The notes below the pieces were generated by a model. That model saw nothing but the letters and a program-made list of their open reading frames with translations, did not search any database and was not told the DNA's origin. From Balanoglossus misakiensis (Eukaryota; Animalia; Hemichordata): 64,000 nt of DNA. Positions 27,220 through 42,200 of the stretch are shown here, in pieces (position 1 is the stretch's first letter; each line of letters begins with the position of its first letter). A program made the translations under genes and the position numbers. Location of the stretch: positions 8,206,059-8,270,058 of the forward strand of contig CM082581.2 in NCBI GenBank assembly GCA_040954595.2, given 5' to 3'.

Positions 27220-27680
27220 AACACAGCAATTACATCAGAAGCATGTGTGTATAATTGCCTGGGAATGGTTGTTAATATATCATATTATGTACACGGCGCA
27301 TCATCTTAGCCATGCCGAGTTTTTAGATCATATTTTACTGAGCCCAACCAAATCCTTGTTTACGGGGAGACACACGTTAATGCGCAGAATCGGAGGTCAC
27401 TCTTACGAACCAATTACAGGGCAAATTGCGGCGGAACAGCCAATTGCGTGAAAGTAAAAGAAAAAAAAATCATTTAAAAACGTCAACAACTGGCACCTTA
27501 ATTGCTTTCTTAATTCGCCCAATAAGGTAAAGTTTTCATCACTCATTACATTGTGGGAAATCTGGTGGGCGGAGTTAGAAGCCACTCTCGCTTACGCTAA
27601 TCTCATTACGCATTGTGTGCGTCCAATCGCAGCGCCTTGCTTGCATGTCAGACATTTAACTTGCATGACACTTTTATTCA
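27220..27680 (+). promoter_or_regulatory. Putative Hmx proximal promoter
   Basis: 450-900 bp upstream of the ATG: CSL/Su(H)-type TGTGGGAA 27552-27559, GC box GGGCGGAG 27567-27574, CCAAT 27623-27627, several CAATTA/TAATTG homeodomain sites including TTAATTGC 27498-27505. No clear TATA box; the TSS cannot be placed. Confidence 0.5.
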
Positions 27681-28121
27681 GATATTATTATCGCGTTCGG
27701 TGAACGGCGCCAGTTCGGCTCTTTCTCGTCGCGCACCGTATTCAATAACTCGTGAGTTCTCAAGCATTTGGGGACTATGCACCAGTTGGTGTAGGACTTA
27801 CAGTTGGCTACCACCAACATTCCCGTGTCTCACATCTGTCAGCGCTGTGTTGGGTTTGCGAGGAACTGACTGGCGAAAACAAAACTTTCATCGGCTCTCG
27901 CTCGCTCGCTCACTCACTCACTCGCGGGAGGACCTTATCCGGATCGTGCAGATACACATGCACACGGCGCGGTTTTATTAATTCGATCACATTGGAGATA
28001 CTCCCCAAAAGCCGCAGCTTTTGAAGAAGAAAAAATCACACTCGTCGAGAAAGACATTTTTATATTTATTTGAAAGAACTTTGATATTTCGCGCGAGCGA
28101 ATAATAAGAAGACGGCGAAAG

Positions 28122-28401
28122 ATGTCGACGGAGAAAGAAGAGATGGGCTCGCCAAAGTCGAACAAATTCTCCATACAGAGCATACTGAGCACAGACAGCA
28201 GCAAACAGAGGAATGCGGACAGTAATTCGGACGGGCGACCGTCCTCTGTGGAAGACTCCACAACAAACAAGGCGGAACGAAGCGATCTCTTGTCGTACAC
28301 GTCGGTCGCACAGCACTTTGTCAGCGACAGCGCGGTCGCCCGGCCGAACCCCTGGTACCCGTGGATAGCCGCAAACCCATATCTTCATTACGCATTTGAA
28401 C
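28122..28401 (+). CDS. Hmx: Hmx/NK5 homeobox gene, coding exon 1 (93 codons + 1 nt)
   Basis: ATG at 28122; encodes MSTEKEEMGSPKSNKFSIQSIL with an eh1 Groucho-binding motif (FSIQSIL, 28167-28187) and a W/Y-rich NPWYPWIAANPYLHY motif typical of HMX N-termini; ends at a strong donor GAAC|GTAAGT (phase 1). Confidence 0.9.
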
Positions 28402-29660
<1,259 letters not shown>

Positions 29661-30865
29661 GAAAAGACAAGAAACTCTAAATATATTTAAATATCAAAAC
29701 AGAGACTTAAAAACTCTACCAGCGAACTGATGAGTACAAGAGTACGCAAGGTTCTACGAACCACGTATATACGTCGGTATAAAGTTACGGATATGAAAAT
29801 ATTTGACCAAGACTGGAAAAGACATCTGTATGCAGTGCATCTTGATGCTGCGCCTTAGAAACGCCTTAAAAGGTCGGTTTCATCATCAATAATATGTATT
29901 GTGTATAATAGGAAGCCCTTTTTAATGTGTAAATATTGTGGAAGAGAGTATTCTAATGGCCGTATGTTATGCGATTTTTTTTCCACCCTTGTCCGAGACA
30001 ACTGCACGGGGGAATACACAAAACCAATTCCACAATGCGCATTTTTATCATTTTAATTCCAATTACTTTAAGAGTCACCGACAATCAGAATCATTTCAAT
30101 TCAGATTGTTTTCACAACTGCCATTCTTCAGTACTCGTGTTGTCGTTTGTAGGGAAAGTTGCGGGCGGGAAAAGAGACCGGATTCAATCGCAAAAAAATG
30201 TCAGACGAACAGAAAACAAAAAAAAACCCACATGACATATCATTGTTATATGGTTGACATGATATTATAACCTTGCCAAAGGGAGGCATTTTGTCGGCAG
30301 AAAAATGGCCGCCCTTCATTTTTCCATCCCCACGGACTAGATGTGTGTATATTGTGTGTACAAAAGCGTATCGGTCATTTCCCCCACCAAGATGTACATG
30401 CTTCTGGGAAACGTGCATTGTCGCTCGCGAAAAGAGCACGTCTTTCTTGTGAGTTGTAGGTAACCACGGTAACTACAACAAGTGCATATTTTTTTATATT
30501 TTGTATGAGCAATATTTATGTTTTGTAATTCCACGAAATTATGCATATCATACATGTACGTGTACAATGGACACTATTCTCAGTTCTAACGTACCACTTG
30601 GTCGCATGATGCAATATATTGGGTTGTGTATTTTGTTTTCAATTTGCTGTTTGTCTTGCTCGGTCGACTGTACATACGTAATTGTATTCGTGAAATTTGC
30701 ATAAGTGACTTTATTATCACTTTTGTCATTCCTATATATATATTTTTGGTATATATTGCCTTCGTTTGGATTTTCGAGCTCATAAAGTTGTCAGCGTTTG
30801 ACCATTTTTACTTCCCGTCATAGACTCACACAAAAAGAAATAAAACAGAAAATATGTATAGTTTA
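29661..30865 (+). other. Hmx: Putative Hmx 3' UTR
   Basis: AU/UG-rich region after the stop, Pumilio-type TGTA(A/C)ATA at 29928 and 30669, AATAAA at 30839-30844. The 3' end is inferred. Confidence 0.45.
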
Positions 30866-33800
30866 AGATGTACCCAGAGCCAAGTTGTTGAGTTGTTATT
30901 TTTTGTGAAGCCATGTTGATCCACTGGTAATTGTCCAACCGTGTACACCGGAGTGGGACGTAAAACTCATATGTCCTCGTCAAATTTCGAAATCGTCTGA
31001 CGTAAAAAAATGGAGCGCTATTTGCTTGCAAGGATAGTGTTGGAATGAAGGCAATACACGTGGAATCAAAGAAAACAGTTACCCATATTATGATATGCCA
31101 GTATCTGTCTGGCTATACAAATACTAGTACATTCCTTCTTTAATCTCTCGGGTTAATTTTCAGCGGAGTGTTAAAAACAGCGAGATGGTTGCCCCTTTAT
31201 AAAACAGAACAACTCCAGAGGATTATTAACTTTTAAGATGCACCTTGTGTACGTTGCTTGTTTATCGCCGCTCGTGAAATCGCTCTCCCCTGCTTTGGCG
31301 AGTTAAAAGTTTAACTCCCCCCTCTCTCTCTACGGAAGGAAAGCGCCAGTAGGAAGTAGTCGCTATATGGCTTTAATTGAATAGTAGTATGTAAGCAGCG
31401 GAAAACCAATATTGGAATAGCATGTCAGGGAGCATGGTGTAACATAACAGCATGGAGTGCTTTGTTAAGTGTTCAGTAAACAAAGCACAGTGATACACTG
31501 TATGAATGAGGCAGACACACGACAGCGATCAGCTCCCGTTAAAAGCTGTCCCTTCTCTCTATATATAAAAAAAGTATTATCCAAACTTTTATGAGTGATT
31601 CTTCGCTTCTTTCGTCGAATTGAGATTTTCATCCCACTCTCCTCCCCTTCTTTGTTGGAAGGGGGTGTGTGCGCGCACTTCGCGATGTTAAATGAAACAT
31701 GAAACGGTTCGCGTGGACGCGAAGTTTTCATCAAATGCTGGGCTGTGTACAGAATTAAAGCGAGCATGACGAATCCTTTGTTGAAATCAGATTATTTTCT
31801 GGCGAGTACTTCCTGTGTGTTTTATCTAAAATGTACGTTTATAGCTCAATTTAGAGCGGGCAGATAGTGAAGCCTCCCGGGGTTATTTCCCCTGTTACTA
31901 GGGAATAGACCAAGATCTGCTAAGCATTTTAAAAACAGATCAAAATTGACTCCAATTATCTGTGGTCAAGCTGGTGGATATATTTGGGGAGTTTCGCGCT
32001 TCTGTTGGGAGATACAGCGGCGAGGTCGAGTTTTCCCTGGAAAGTTTGCCGATGGATATCGCCATCCATAAAAAAAATAAAACGTGCACTTCGATCTCGG
32101 TGTACGACACTGCGCCCAGAATCCCGCCGACTTCGGATTACATTAAGTGAAATTAAACACACGCGTGTAATGCACATAAATTTCGGCGAGGCGTTGCATG
32201 ATTGCGACTTATCAACTATTACATCGGTGACAGAAGCTGCAATGACAGTCGGCAGCGCCCGCGTTGTTATCATCGCCCGGCCTCTTCGCCCCCTCCGTCA
32301 ATTCGCACTGCATCGAATTAACACTAACCGTTAATGGCAGGGGCGCCGTGTGTTTTTCACCAAGAAGGCTGTCCGTTTGTCACCCTCCGCGAAATGAACA
32401 CAGACAGGTGAAATTGCTCAAAAGGGGTGAAAACCACTCCGTAACGTCGAGAGGAGTCGGCGAACACACACACGACACGATTCCGCCCTACAATCCACCA
32501 TGCAAATTTCACCCCGCCGCCAGCTCCTTCCCCTTCCCATCCCCTCTTCCTGAACCCAGATGCATTTCACGTTTCCAAAGGATGTATTTCTTTCGGGAAA
32601 TAATTGTTAGGTATGACATGATACCGACACATATGATGCTCAGTCAATTTCAAGCAGAATCGATTTCACTTGCTTCATTCCAACCGCTTTCAGTTGATCG
32701 CTGTCTTTATTACGCGCGCATTCTCACCGCGTATCATTTTACTCCGCGTGGCGAGTACGACATATCAGACTTCACCGGCAGATTTGTGTACCACGAACCC
32801 GGCGCTCCTGATTTTCCCCAGACCGCTTTCTCTCATTTCATGGCTGCATAGACTGAGAGTTCCCTCGGCTCCTAAGGTGATTTATAATTTACATGGTGAT
32901 TTCATATCTGCAACATCCCATTTAATCTCGTTAAAGGAGTATGGACAGCTCATCTACTCCGAACAGAGCATGAAATCGCCTAGCTGGAAAATGTACATAC
33001 CTAACAACCAGGCGCCAAGACCGTGCACTCGACAGCCCCGTCATAACTTACGCCCTCCCCCACGGAGGTAGTCCCCTGTACACCTCTCCCACCTCTCCCC
33101 GACCTCTTCTGATTCCACCGGGTGATTATATCCTTTATCTTTACCAATTTGACTCCGTTTTTTTTTACCGAGCTTCAAGATCAAACTAGAGCGGTTGGCG
33201 CGGTCCATCCACCGAGGACATTTTTTATCTTGCTGTCTGGCGAACACTCGAAGCTATGTTACAGATAGCCCTTCGTAATTTGTATTTATGACTTATCCCA
33301 TATTCTATAAATATTTCAACGGGACTAATTGCAGCGGGTAAAATATTTATCCGCCTGACGATAAAGTATGGCCGGAATGAATCGGGGGTGAACACACGAC
33401 GGCAATCGAGTCGGTCTCGCAGCCACCTGATAGCCCAGAACCTCTTAATCTAAAAGCAGCAACATTTTATTACCAATATCCACTTCAACCACGATACAAA
33501 GCTGCCCTCTGTGAGTTATGGCTGTTTGTTACGGCCACATATGAGACGTTTCGTCTTCACCGATTATACCGCGTCCAGTGGGGATTACGCGCAAAACGAC
33601 TACGGGGATCATCGCGAGCTTACTCCTTTCTTCTCCCGTCGACGATAATAACCGCTATCGTATTGCTTATCCACGCAAATTCAATACTTCAAAGGGAAAG
33701 ACAACGGCCAAGGAGATTCATCCGATAAATTTCAGCTGCATCCAAACTTACTTTCCTTCGGGCGATATTAGCGATCGTGGGTGTGGTCTTTTCACTGTGT

Positions 33801-36097
33801 CGTCTTCTATAATGGTTTTGACAAAAATAGAACAAAATGGGCTATTATTTTCACGGATTTCCTTCATAAAAGCATGTTCCTTAAACTTTCAGATATCGTC
33901 TTTTTGAACATACCAGACAATACATGTATACCCGCGGCATGATCTGTCTAGAGACAACAATTTCGCTATGAGAGTGTATGTGTGTATGTGTATATGTGCG
34001 TGCGGGCGCGTCCCTGTGTGCTTGCGTGCGTGCGCGAACGTGTATCTCTTCGCTCGAACCATCACGTGACACCTGCAAGATGTGCACGAACTAAATGAAG
34101 AATATGAGAGAACGTTTACAAAGCATGCAATGGGAGAAATTCAACCAGGATATTTTTTGTCTTGTATCAAATCGATTTGTCCAAAAATAAAGTAACTGAC
34201 CGCAGGGAGACATTGATTTCTATCAAAAGAAGTGAAAAAAAGTCACGACGCCTTTCAGTCGACCAACAGCAATAACCCCAACAAAAATGACGCTTATTTA
34301 TTTGTTCACCAAAAAAGTTGCCGGAGGCCATTTCAAGAACGCCCCCGTCAAAAGGTGGCAGTGAAGGTTACATACGAAGCCAACCTTCGAAAAGGAACTC
34401 GACAGATATATATGACGGGAGTTAAGATTTATTGAAATGATGTTCAGTCAGAGATCAATTAAAACAAACGACATTGAGCGAGGTCAAAAATAATGATGAA
34501 ATCGAGCCTTCTACAGTTATTTATACATAACCTTAGATAAATAGGAAATGTAAAGGAGTGCTGTGTTGCAAAACATGAACGTAACCACTTTATAATTCTT
34601 GTTGCTGGGATAAGCGTTGTTGTTTTTATAATTGGTCATTGGAAGGCTTCACCTTGAAAAGAAACCATGTTATTCTCAATGTAACAGAAGCATATTTTGT
34701 CCAACGAAGACAGCGCAGTACTCATCTTGCTCGTCGTGACTGCAACGGTAGCACCATAAAGCTTCCGTTGTTTTATGTGTCCTATTGTTATCACGCCGTC
34801 ATCAATTAAAAATATATAGTTTTATATCAATGTATATATATTGCACAAATGCCAACGACATGGATCAGAATTGCACATTCGGATCTCTCCAGGGCATTTG
34901 AAATAGAACGGCGTGATCACGACAGAAGATCGTACAAAAAGTCAAGCCTCTTTAATTATTCTACCTCGGTGTGTAAGAGGAACTCATGGGTGGATTTTAG
35001 AAATTTAGAAATATATGCTTGGTTTCGTCAGAGAGGATGATTAAACTGATAGCATAAAAATTGATAGCCTAAAATTGCCCGACGAAGGTCCTTGGTTGCC
35101 CGCCGTGGTTCGCTCGTGATTGTGCAAGCATTCAGTTCTCGTTCCATTTGTAACTCGTTAGCTCTGGCAGGGGTGAGATTTCTCCTTCGTCGGCCACCTG
35201 GGCCCTAAAGACCCTTAAACGGTCTAGTCCTCATATTGCGGCACAATGACTCGCACATTTCCCACGACTTCGATCTGATATCGTCTGCTCACCGGGCAGG
35301 GATATTGAAAATTATCAGCTCGGCCCATCGTGGCTTTAAAAAGGGGAGCTGATCCTGGGGAACCTCGCGCGCCTTGATGAGGCGGGACCGCCATCGCGCG
35401 CCATCATCTGTTAATACGACGGCAGATCGGGTGAAAAAGTCATGATGCGACTTCTTAGCGACTCCTCTCGCGACGGTGCTATTGTCACCTAAGCAGAAAT
35501 GACCGCCACTCTCGGCATCATATATCATATCTGTCTTGCCAAGCGCCTTTTTAATGGCTCTTATCAAAGTCTCGCGGCTTCCGTGCCCTTTCCCCATCCT
35601 TCGTCAAACATCTTGGGATAAATTACAAAGAAACTCCACCTGTCCCATTTTTTTCGCGCCTCGTGCATCAAAGTGAACGATATAACAAGTCTCATGTTAT
35701 CGTTATTATGTTCATGTCTAATCCCGGCGTTACCATGGTAACTACTATTCAAGTCAGTTTTTTTCCCACCCATATGCTCGTACTTGTCCCTTTAACACTA
35801 CTCCGCTGGAATTAAGAGACTTTTCCGACGAAGGTATTTAGTTCATGTTAACATTCCGACACTTAAACAGCAGTGTTGCCTATTTTCAAAACTGTTAAGC
35901 TGTAAAGAGAGTGTAACAAAACTATAAAGCGATGCCTTTATACCGTGTGACTACGAAGAATTTTAATTGGCGTGGCTGTGTCTGTGATACGTACACTCGG
36001 TAACGGGAAATGAATTCTGAGAAGAAATCAGCTATACGTTAACCTACTAACTCAAACACTGGAGCTATTGCGTGCGAATGGTTTTCATAATGATCAA

Positions 36098-36220
36098 ATG
36101 TATGTATGTATGTATGTATGTATGTATGTATGTATGTATGTATGTATGTATGTATGTATGTATGTATGTACATGTATGTACATGTATGTACATGTATGTA
36201 CATGTATGTGGATGGATGGA
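36098..36220. repeat. (TATG)n/(TACATG)/(GATG) microsatellite
   Basis: Directly visible. Confidence 0.95.
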
Positions 36221-39200
36221 CGGATATATGCAATCTTGTGCGAGTGTTTCTACTCCTATATTTTCATGGATTTAACAATTTATACATTGCAGGAAATATC
36301 ATTCCAAATGCATTGTTATTACCCCTTGAATGAATAATACACCTTCGTTTTATTGCTCGTTCCGGAGCGTTGTGAAGACGCCTCGTTTCATCCGATGTGT
36401 CAAAGTAGAACCCCCCCCCCCCAAAAAAAAAAAATGACGATGACGACTTGCCCAGATGGATCCAAATCAGATTTTGCAGCGGATCTCCTAACTATTAAAT
36501 GCCCTAATACGGTGAAGCAAAGTCGAAAATAGCCGTGGAGGGATTTTATTACACGTTGCGCAGCAGAATGACAAAATGGCAGATATTAACTTCGTGCACA
36601 GCGCCACTCTCTTTTTGTTTTCCTATCAAAAACGTATTACATTTCCCCGGTCTTAATTAGAATGAAGTGTTATGGGGACCAGGCTGTATACGAGGTAGAC
36701 GGCAATCCCACGGTTCGCCTTTCTGAAGTGGATTCTCTTATATTCTTGAAAGCATTTTGATTGCTCAACATTTAAGTTGTTGGGTTGCTTACCACACTAG
36801 GCGTAATGGAGGGGCCGATTACCCAGAGTAGGCTTTTAATAATAAATGCAAGTTATATATCAAAAAAGTAGCCATTGGTTTACCCCGGGCTGCGCGCCAT
36901 ATGGCTGTCTCCAGTTTTTTTTCTTCGGCCCGAAAGCGACGATTGGGGCATGGGACCGGAAGAAAAATGTCTTTAATGTATACCCCCATACGACATCAAT
37001 CGGTATATTTGAGGTGTGCTGCTACCACCGTCCCTGATCCGTGAGTGTTACGTGTAGGTATCAATTTATGACTTTGATAACGCAGAACCGGCAAACAACA
37101 CGGTTTGTCTCTCCCTCCTGGTGCAAATACGGGACGTCCGTCGTCACACACGGAAATTATTCCGAAATCATGCCTCTACGACGCGCTACACGCAAAGCAG
37201 AACCAGTTTCACCTCGTATATATACTTGTCCCCCCCTTCACAAAGGCTGCCGAAAAGTTATCAAGCCGCGTTCACCTGCCCCTCTGCGTGCTGCTCGAAC
37301 GACTGCGATAATAGGTCGTCGGGAGTTTCAGCCAGAGTGTCTGGCCAGCCCGGACAGCGGAGGGGACATAAATTACAGCGGTGGAGGAGCTTTTTGAAGA
37401 TCCGCGAGACACCCTCCTCAGTCAGCCGAATCGGTCTTGTGAGAGCGGCGGAGCGAACAATGGCTGTCACGAACAACTAGTCTCATTCATCTTTTTAAAT
37501 TGTGGCATAAAATGGGGAATCTTTTTTAATCGTCGATAAGGCATGAAAACACCCCCTTTTAACGGTGATTTGCACATACCATCCACAACGAGTGCTTAAG
37601 TGGGACCCGAAGTTACATTTGAGTGATCACCGACGATAGCATCTTTTAACTTAAATGTAACGTGTATGGTTATGTTCAGTGTTTGTGCAAAAAAAAGAGA
37701 GAGACCCGTCTCTATATAGATGAAAAGAGGGTCGCCATACAAGCCCATTGTTGTCTAACATTAAAAGGCGATTCTCGGTTCCCTGCCACGATATGTTTAC
37801 CTGTTTTATATATGTATCACGGAATTAAGAAGCGCAACAGTAACACGGTCGACGGCTCATGCTTTGCGATAATTATACCAGTTGCGCGAACCGACTCTTC
37901 ATTAGGGGAATAGGATAAACATGTACTCGGAAATTTGATAGAGAGCCAAAAAAAATAACATAATCATAATTCTATTCCGTCCGTCATTAAATTTTCTAAA
38001 GCCTCTGTATAAAATATAGATATCGGATACGCCACCGAGGACAGGCAAGCGTTTGTGGAGATGATACCGCAGTCCCCTATCTTCTCCGCTGTTCAGTAAT
38101 TTCGTAAATTGATAGATGCGCGCACAGTGTAACTCAATTGCTGCAGTGGCCATCAATTGTGACGTACACGGGTACTATCGCACGCATTATCAGCCGCTGC
38201 TTATCTGCGAAATTCACCAGTTTAGGTAAGGCCTGCGCAGATCACTTCCTCTGTCGGAAGCAGGAGTGAAAAAAAAAACGTAGAGGGGGGGGGGGGGCGA
38301 AAAATACAAACTAACAATACAAATAGAGTGACGTAACTGCGGCAATCCTCACCCCCCCCCTGTGTATTTCAAATTTTGTACCTTGCTAAACAAAATTCAA
38401 ACCATCGATTTTATTGTAAAAAATAAAATCAAAGCGTCCCGACAGTGTATATACATAACGTTAGATTTGTAAAGGTGCTAGGCTGATCTCCAACAGACGG
38501 GCATTAATTATATGTGTATATACGATCACTTAAAAAGAATAAAGTATGACTCAGCGTTAGCGATAACAACGAGGAAAAAGCTCCGAAATTGGGCGCTCCT
38601 AAAACCCACAGATGAAGATGTTTGATTGAGCCAAATTAATTGTTCAAAATATGAAAAAGTCGGATATTTATTGCGCGCGTGTGAGAGTTTAATTTTAATA
38701 CACAGCGATAAAAAACTAGCTGCGAACCAAAAAATGGGCGGTTTTAACGAAAGTATATGGTGACGCGATCAAACTGATAAGTGCAGAGTGGGTGCTTAAA
38801 GTACTCTAGAAGACTTCTATTTATGCGTGCATGTTGAATATCTGGAGCTGTGTGATCTAGCCAAAATATATGAAAAATGCCTTGGGGTAAGCTTACTTTA
38901 CCGAAGTAGGGTGATCGTCACTATGTGTAACACACCGGCTGGAAATCAGGCTAGTCGAGAGAGGGGGTGCGTGGTAATTGCAGTCGGGCGTAATAGTAGA
39001 AGCAGTCGACAAAAGCCAGCGATTTTTGTCGATGTTTTGTTTCCTATAGTCGCACCCAACCCCTTATAAGGATTCCTCAATAGGTGAAATCTGGGCCTTC
39101 TCGTATTACACCAATTTACGGGGGACCGACTGAATCGTACCATTGAAATGATTGCCGGGGAATCAATAGTTAATCGGCGGCAAATTTAACCTTGGCTACT

Positions 39201-42200
39201 TGGCATCAGTAGCGAGGCACAATTGTAGCGTATTGTTATATCGGCGGCCGTAATGTAAAGCCCCGGGTTCCCATCTGCCGGAGGCTGAAGGCACGACAAC
39301 TCTGAGCATGCGGGGTAAGGGGATGAGAGAGAGAAAAAAAAAATGGCGCGAGTTTCTACAACAAAAGTGGCAAGTCTACAAAATCCCGGAACAGTTTGAC
39401 CATCGCGCCTGCGTATTAGATTACCCTCATGGCTCACAGAAAATGATATTAATAATTGTAGAATCGGTCATCATTGTCATGAGCACCCCATTAAAATGAT
39501 TATACCAATTTTTCCGGCTGTAAACATCCACTGCGCGGAAATAGGCGCGATGCCGGAATTATATTTATTTTAAGTGAGGAGCGAGTTGCTTTGATGTGAA
39601 GCCCTGTCTCGCAGATTTATATGGGGTAATACAAAACGGAGACTTTACCTCAATGCCCCGGTTCATTTTCCTGATGGCCAGATTCGAAGATTAAAATAAG
39701 CGCACAACAACAAGGCAAGACCCGACTTTAATAACATCTTATGTTCGCCTGTGCAAACGTCTTTTAGCCGCGGCGATTTCACACGAAAATATTGTGCCAT
39801 TTTGTCGGCGTATTACTTTAATACGAAAATGTAGTTTTATTTCTATAACAACACAACGAAAACGCTGTCAGTGAGATGGGCTCTCCCCGTGCGCCGTCGT
39901 CGTAATGTACCGAACATAAGACTCGAATTTAGCAGATTACCTAGCGGGGGAGAGTCGAGAAAGAACCCTAATAACAATGCCTCTCGTACTATAAACGTCT
40001 ACTTTTTCGTCCAAATAATTTCCCCATTATTCAAAACATACAGAGCTCGCAGTAATTGTACTGGTCTTTCGGAATGGAATCGCGTTTATCGGCGAAAAGC
40101 CATTGAAATTAGCCGTCTGTGGTTAAATTGGCTTTGCCTCAGTAGTCATCGAAAATTCGCGCCAAAAAGTTCTTTTCCACTGAAACCAAATTACCTCTTC
40201 TACATGAGTTAACCCCAGTCAGGAGATTTATTTTGATCGGCCTGAATGTTAAGAGGCTAATTTTTGTTCTCAGTCTAAATGAAGATTTGGACATGTCGTA
40301 TACGCCTAACCTAAACAGGAAAAAATATCACCGGGAGGAAATTAAAAGGAAAAAAAGACAAGTGTTAGTTCGGGAAAGCGATATTCAATGTACCATCAGT
40401 GTTAGTGTTAATAAAACGGATATAGACGGGTCCGGGATACACGTGAAATGTCAAAATGGCTCCTAAATTATCGTACATATTGACAGTCGTGTACAACACA
40501 TTCAGTCAAACTATGATGCGCCTTCTAACAATGTCATTTTGCAAGTGGGTTGTCCAAACAACAAAAGTCAAATACTAACACACAAATAAAATACGCGTAA
40601 CGAATAAATCCAGGCATTTTTTGTCACTTTTCTTGACTCTATCAAAGACGTCATGTCGAAAGATTATTTTCCATAACATGCGCCCATGAATGCGGATTAT
40701 TACTCAGAAGAGGATGATGTGTTTCGGAGTCGGATTTCTATTCCATTTTTAAACAAGAGATTACGAAAGCCGAGTGCGATTTTAACGGTTGCCTGTTTTC
40801 TCATTCATAATGCGGAGTGCTAGTGGCGCTTGTCGGGTAAGTGAACGTTTGCTCTCCGGTGTTTAATGATCATTAGTTAGGCTGGAAATACGAAGAAAGC
40901 CAGAAGAAGAGGAAGAAAAAAGTAAAAAACAAAAAAAAAATCGTTGGCGGATTCAGTTACCCAGCATGGGACGAACAGCTGCCTGTCTCCAAAAGGGTTT
41001 TAGAGTCGGTTGTTACAATCGATGATCTCGGGGAAAACGACGCCAAAATGGTGCAGAGCAAAAGAGATAAAAAGTTGGCGGAACCTCGGCTGACCCCCTC
41101 TATTACGCAGAGGTCAGGGGGTCACCGCGCTAACTAATACCACTCAATACTGCCAACACAGAGGTATTAGCGCGGTTCTCTGCCGTGTGCTCCGTGTGGT
41201 TTCCCCCCGTCGGTACCAGCGCGGTGATTTGACGAGATCGTCTCCAACCAGCCAAAAAACAACATGTAGCTAGCCGCCGCTCGATTCTTTTTTTCTCCGA
41301 GCCCTTGGGGCTCGAATGGATTCGCATTTCATCAGGAGTCGACTCAACTAAAAAGGTTTAAATCAAATTGCTATTGCCAGATAAAATACCAAAGAAATCG
41401 ATTTGGGGGAAAATTGCACCGGATGGCTGTTTTCTGCTCGTCAGGGATGAGCATTTGCAACATTGTGTAGGGAACGTGATCGCTCGATTTGCTCTTCAGA
41501 TAATTCAAGTCGAATAAGGAGTGGATTTAATCGAATCTGTAGACCTAAGGAGCCGTGTCTCTTCTTCCGCGGTAAAAATATCTAAAAACTAAAACAAAAC
41601 ACCCCTACTGCCTGGGTGCTGAGAATTATCAAGAAGAAAGCATTACTCGAGCATGCGCGCGTGAAATGAGATTTCTTCAACTTTTTTTCGCCTTTTCTAT
41701 TTAACATGAACTCCAAGAACGAATAGCGCACGTATATTGTCTGCCGCTATCCATTGTGGATTTACAAGGCACAGTTTCCCTAAGAGTCACGACTGTATTG
41801 TAAGAGCATCAATGTCGATCTTTTAGAAGAACTATCGATTTCACAGCGATGACACTCAAACTGCCCCACAAAAAGTTCAAATCATTCTCTTTTTGCCTTT
41901 GTGTGTCAAGGATGGGTCAAGTTTCGCAGAATAAAAAAGTAGACTAAAATATGTGCATAGTAATAAAAAATGTTCTTAATTCCAGTGTCTGTGGTCAATG
42001 GCGAAGGTATATAGTCTCAGCGCCGAAACCGGAATCGGTTGAATGAGTGTGTCGAACACTTGTCATTAACCGATCTTATGCAAATGAGACTTGCTTGTGT
42101 AGCCTGCGATATATCAAATCGAATCGAAGCCAGGCCTATAATTACGGACAGTGTCCTGTGCCATTGACGCGGCAAAGTGTTCCCCATCTCGACTGTCACC

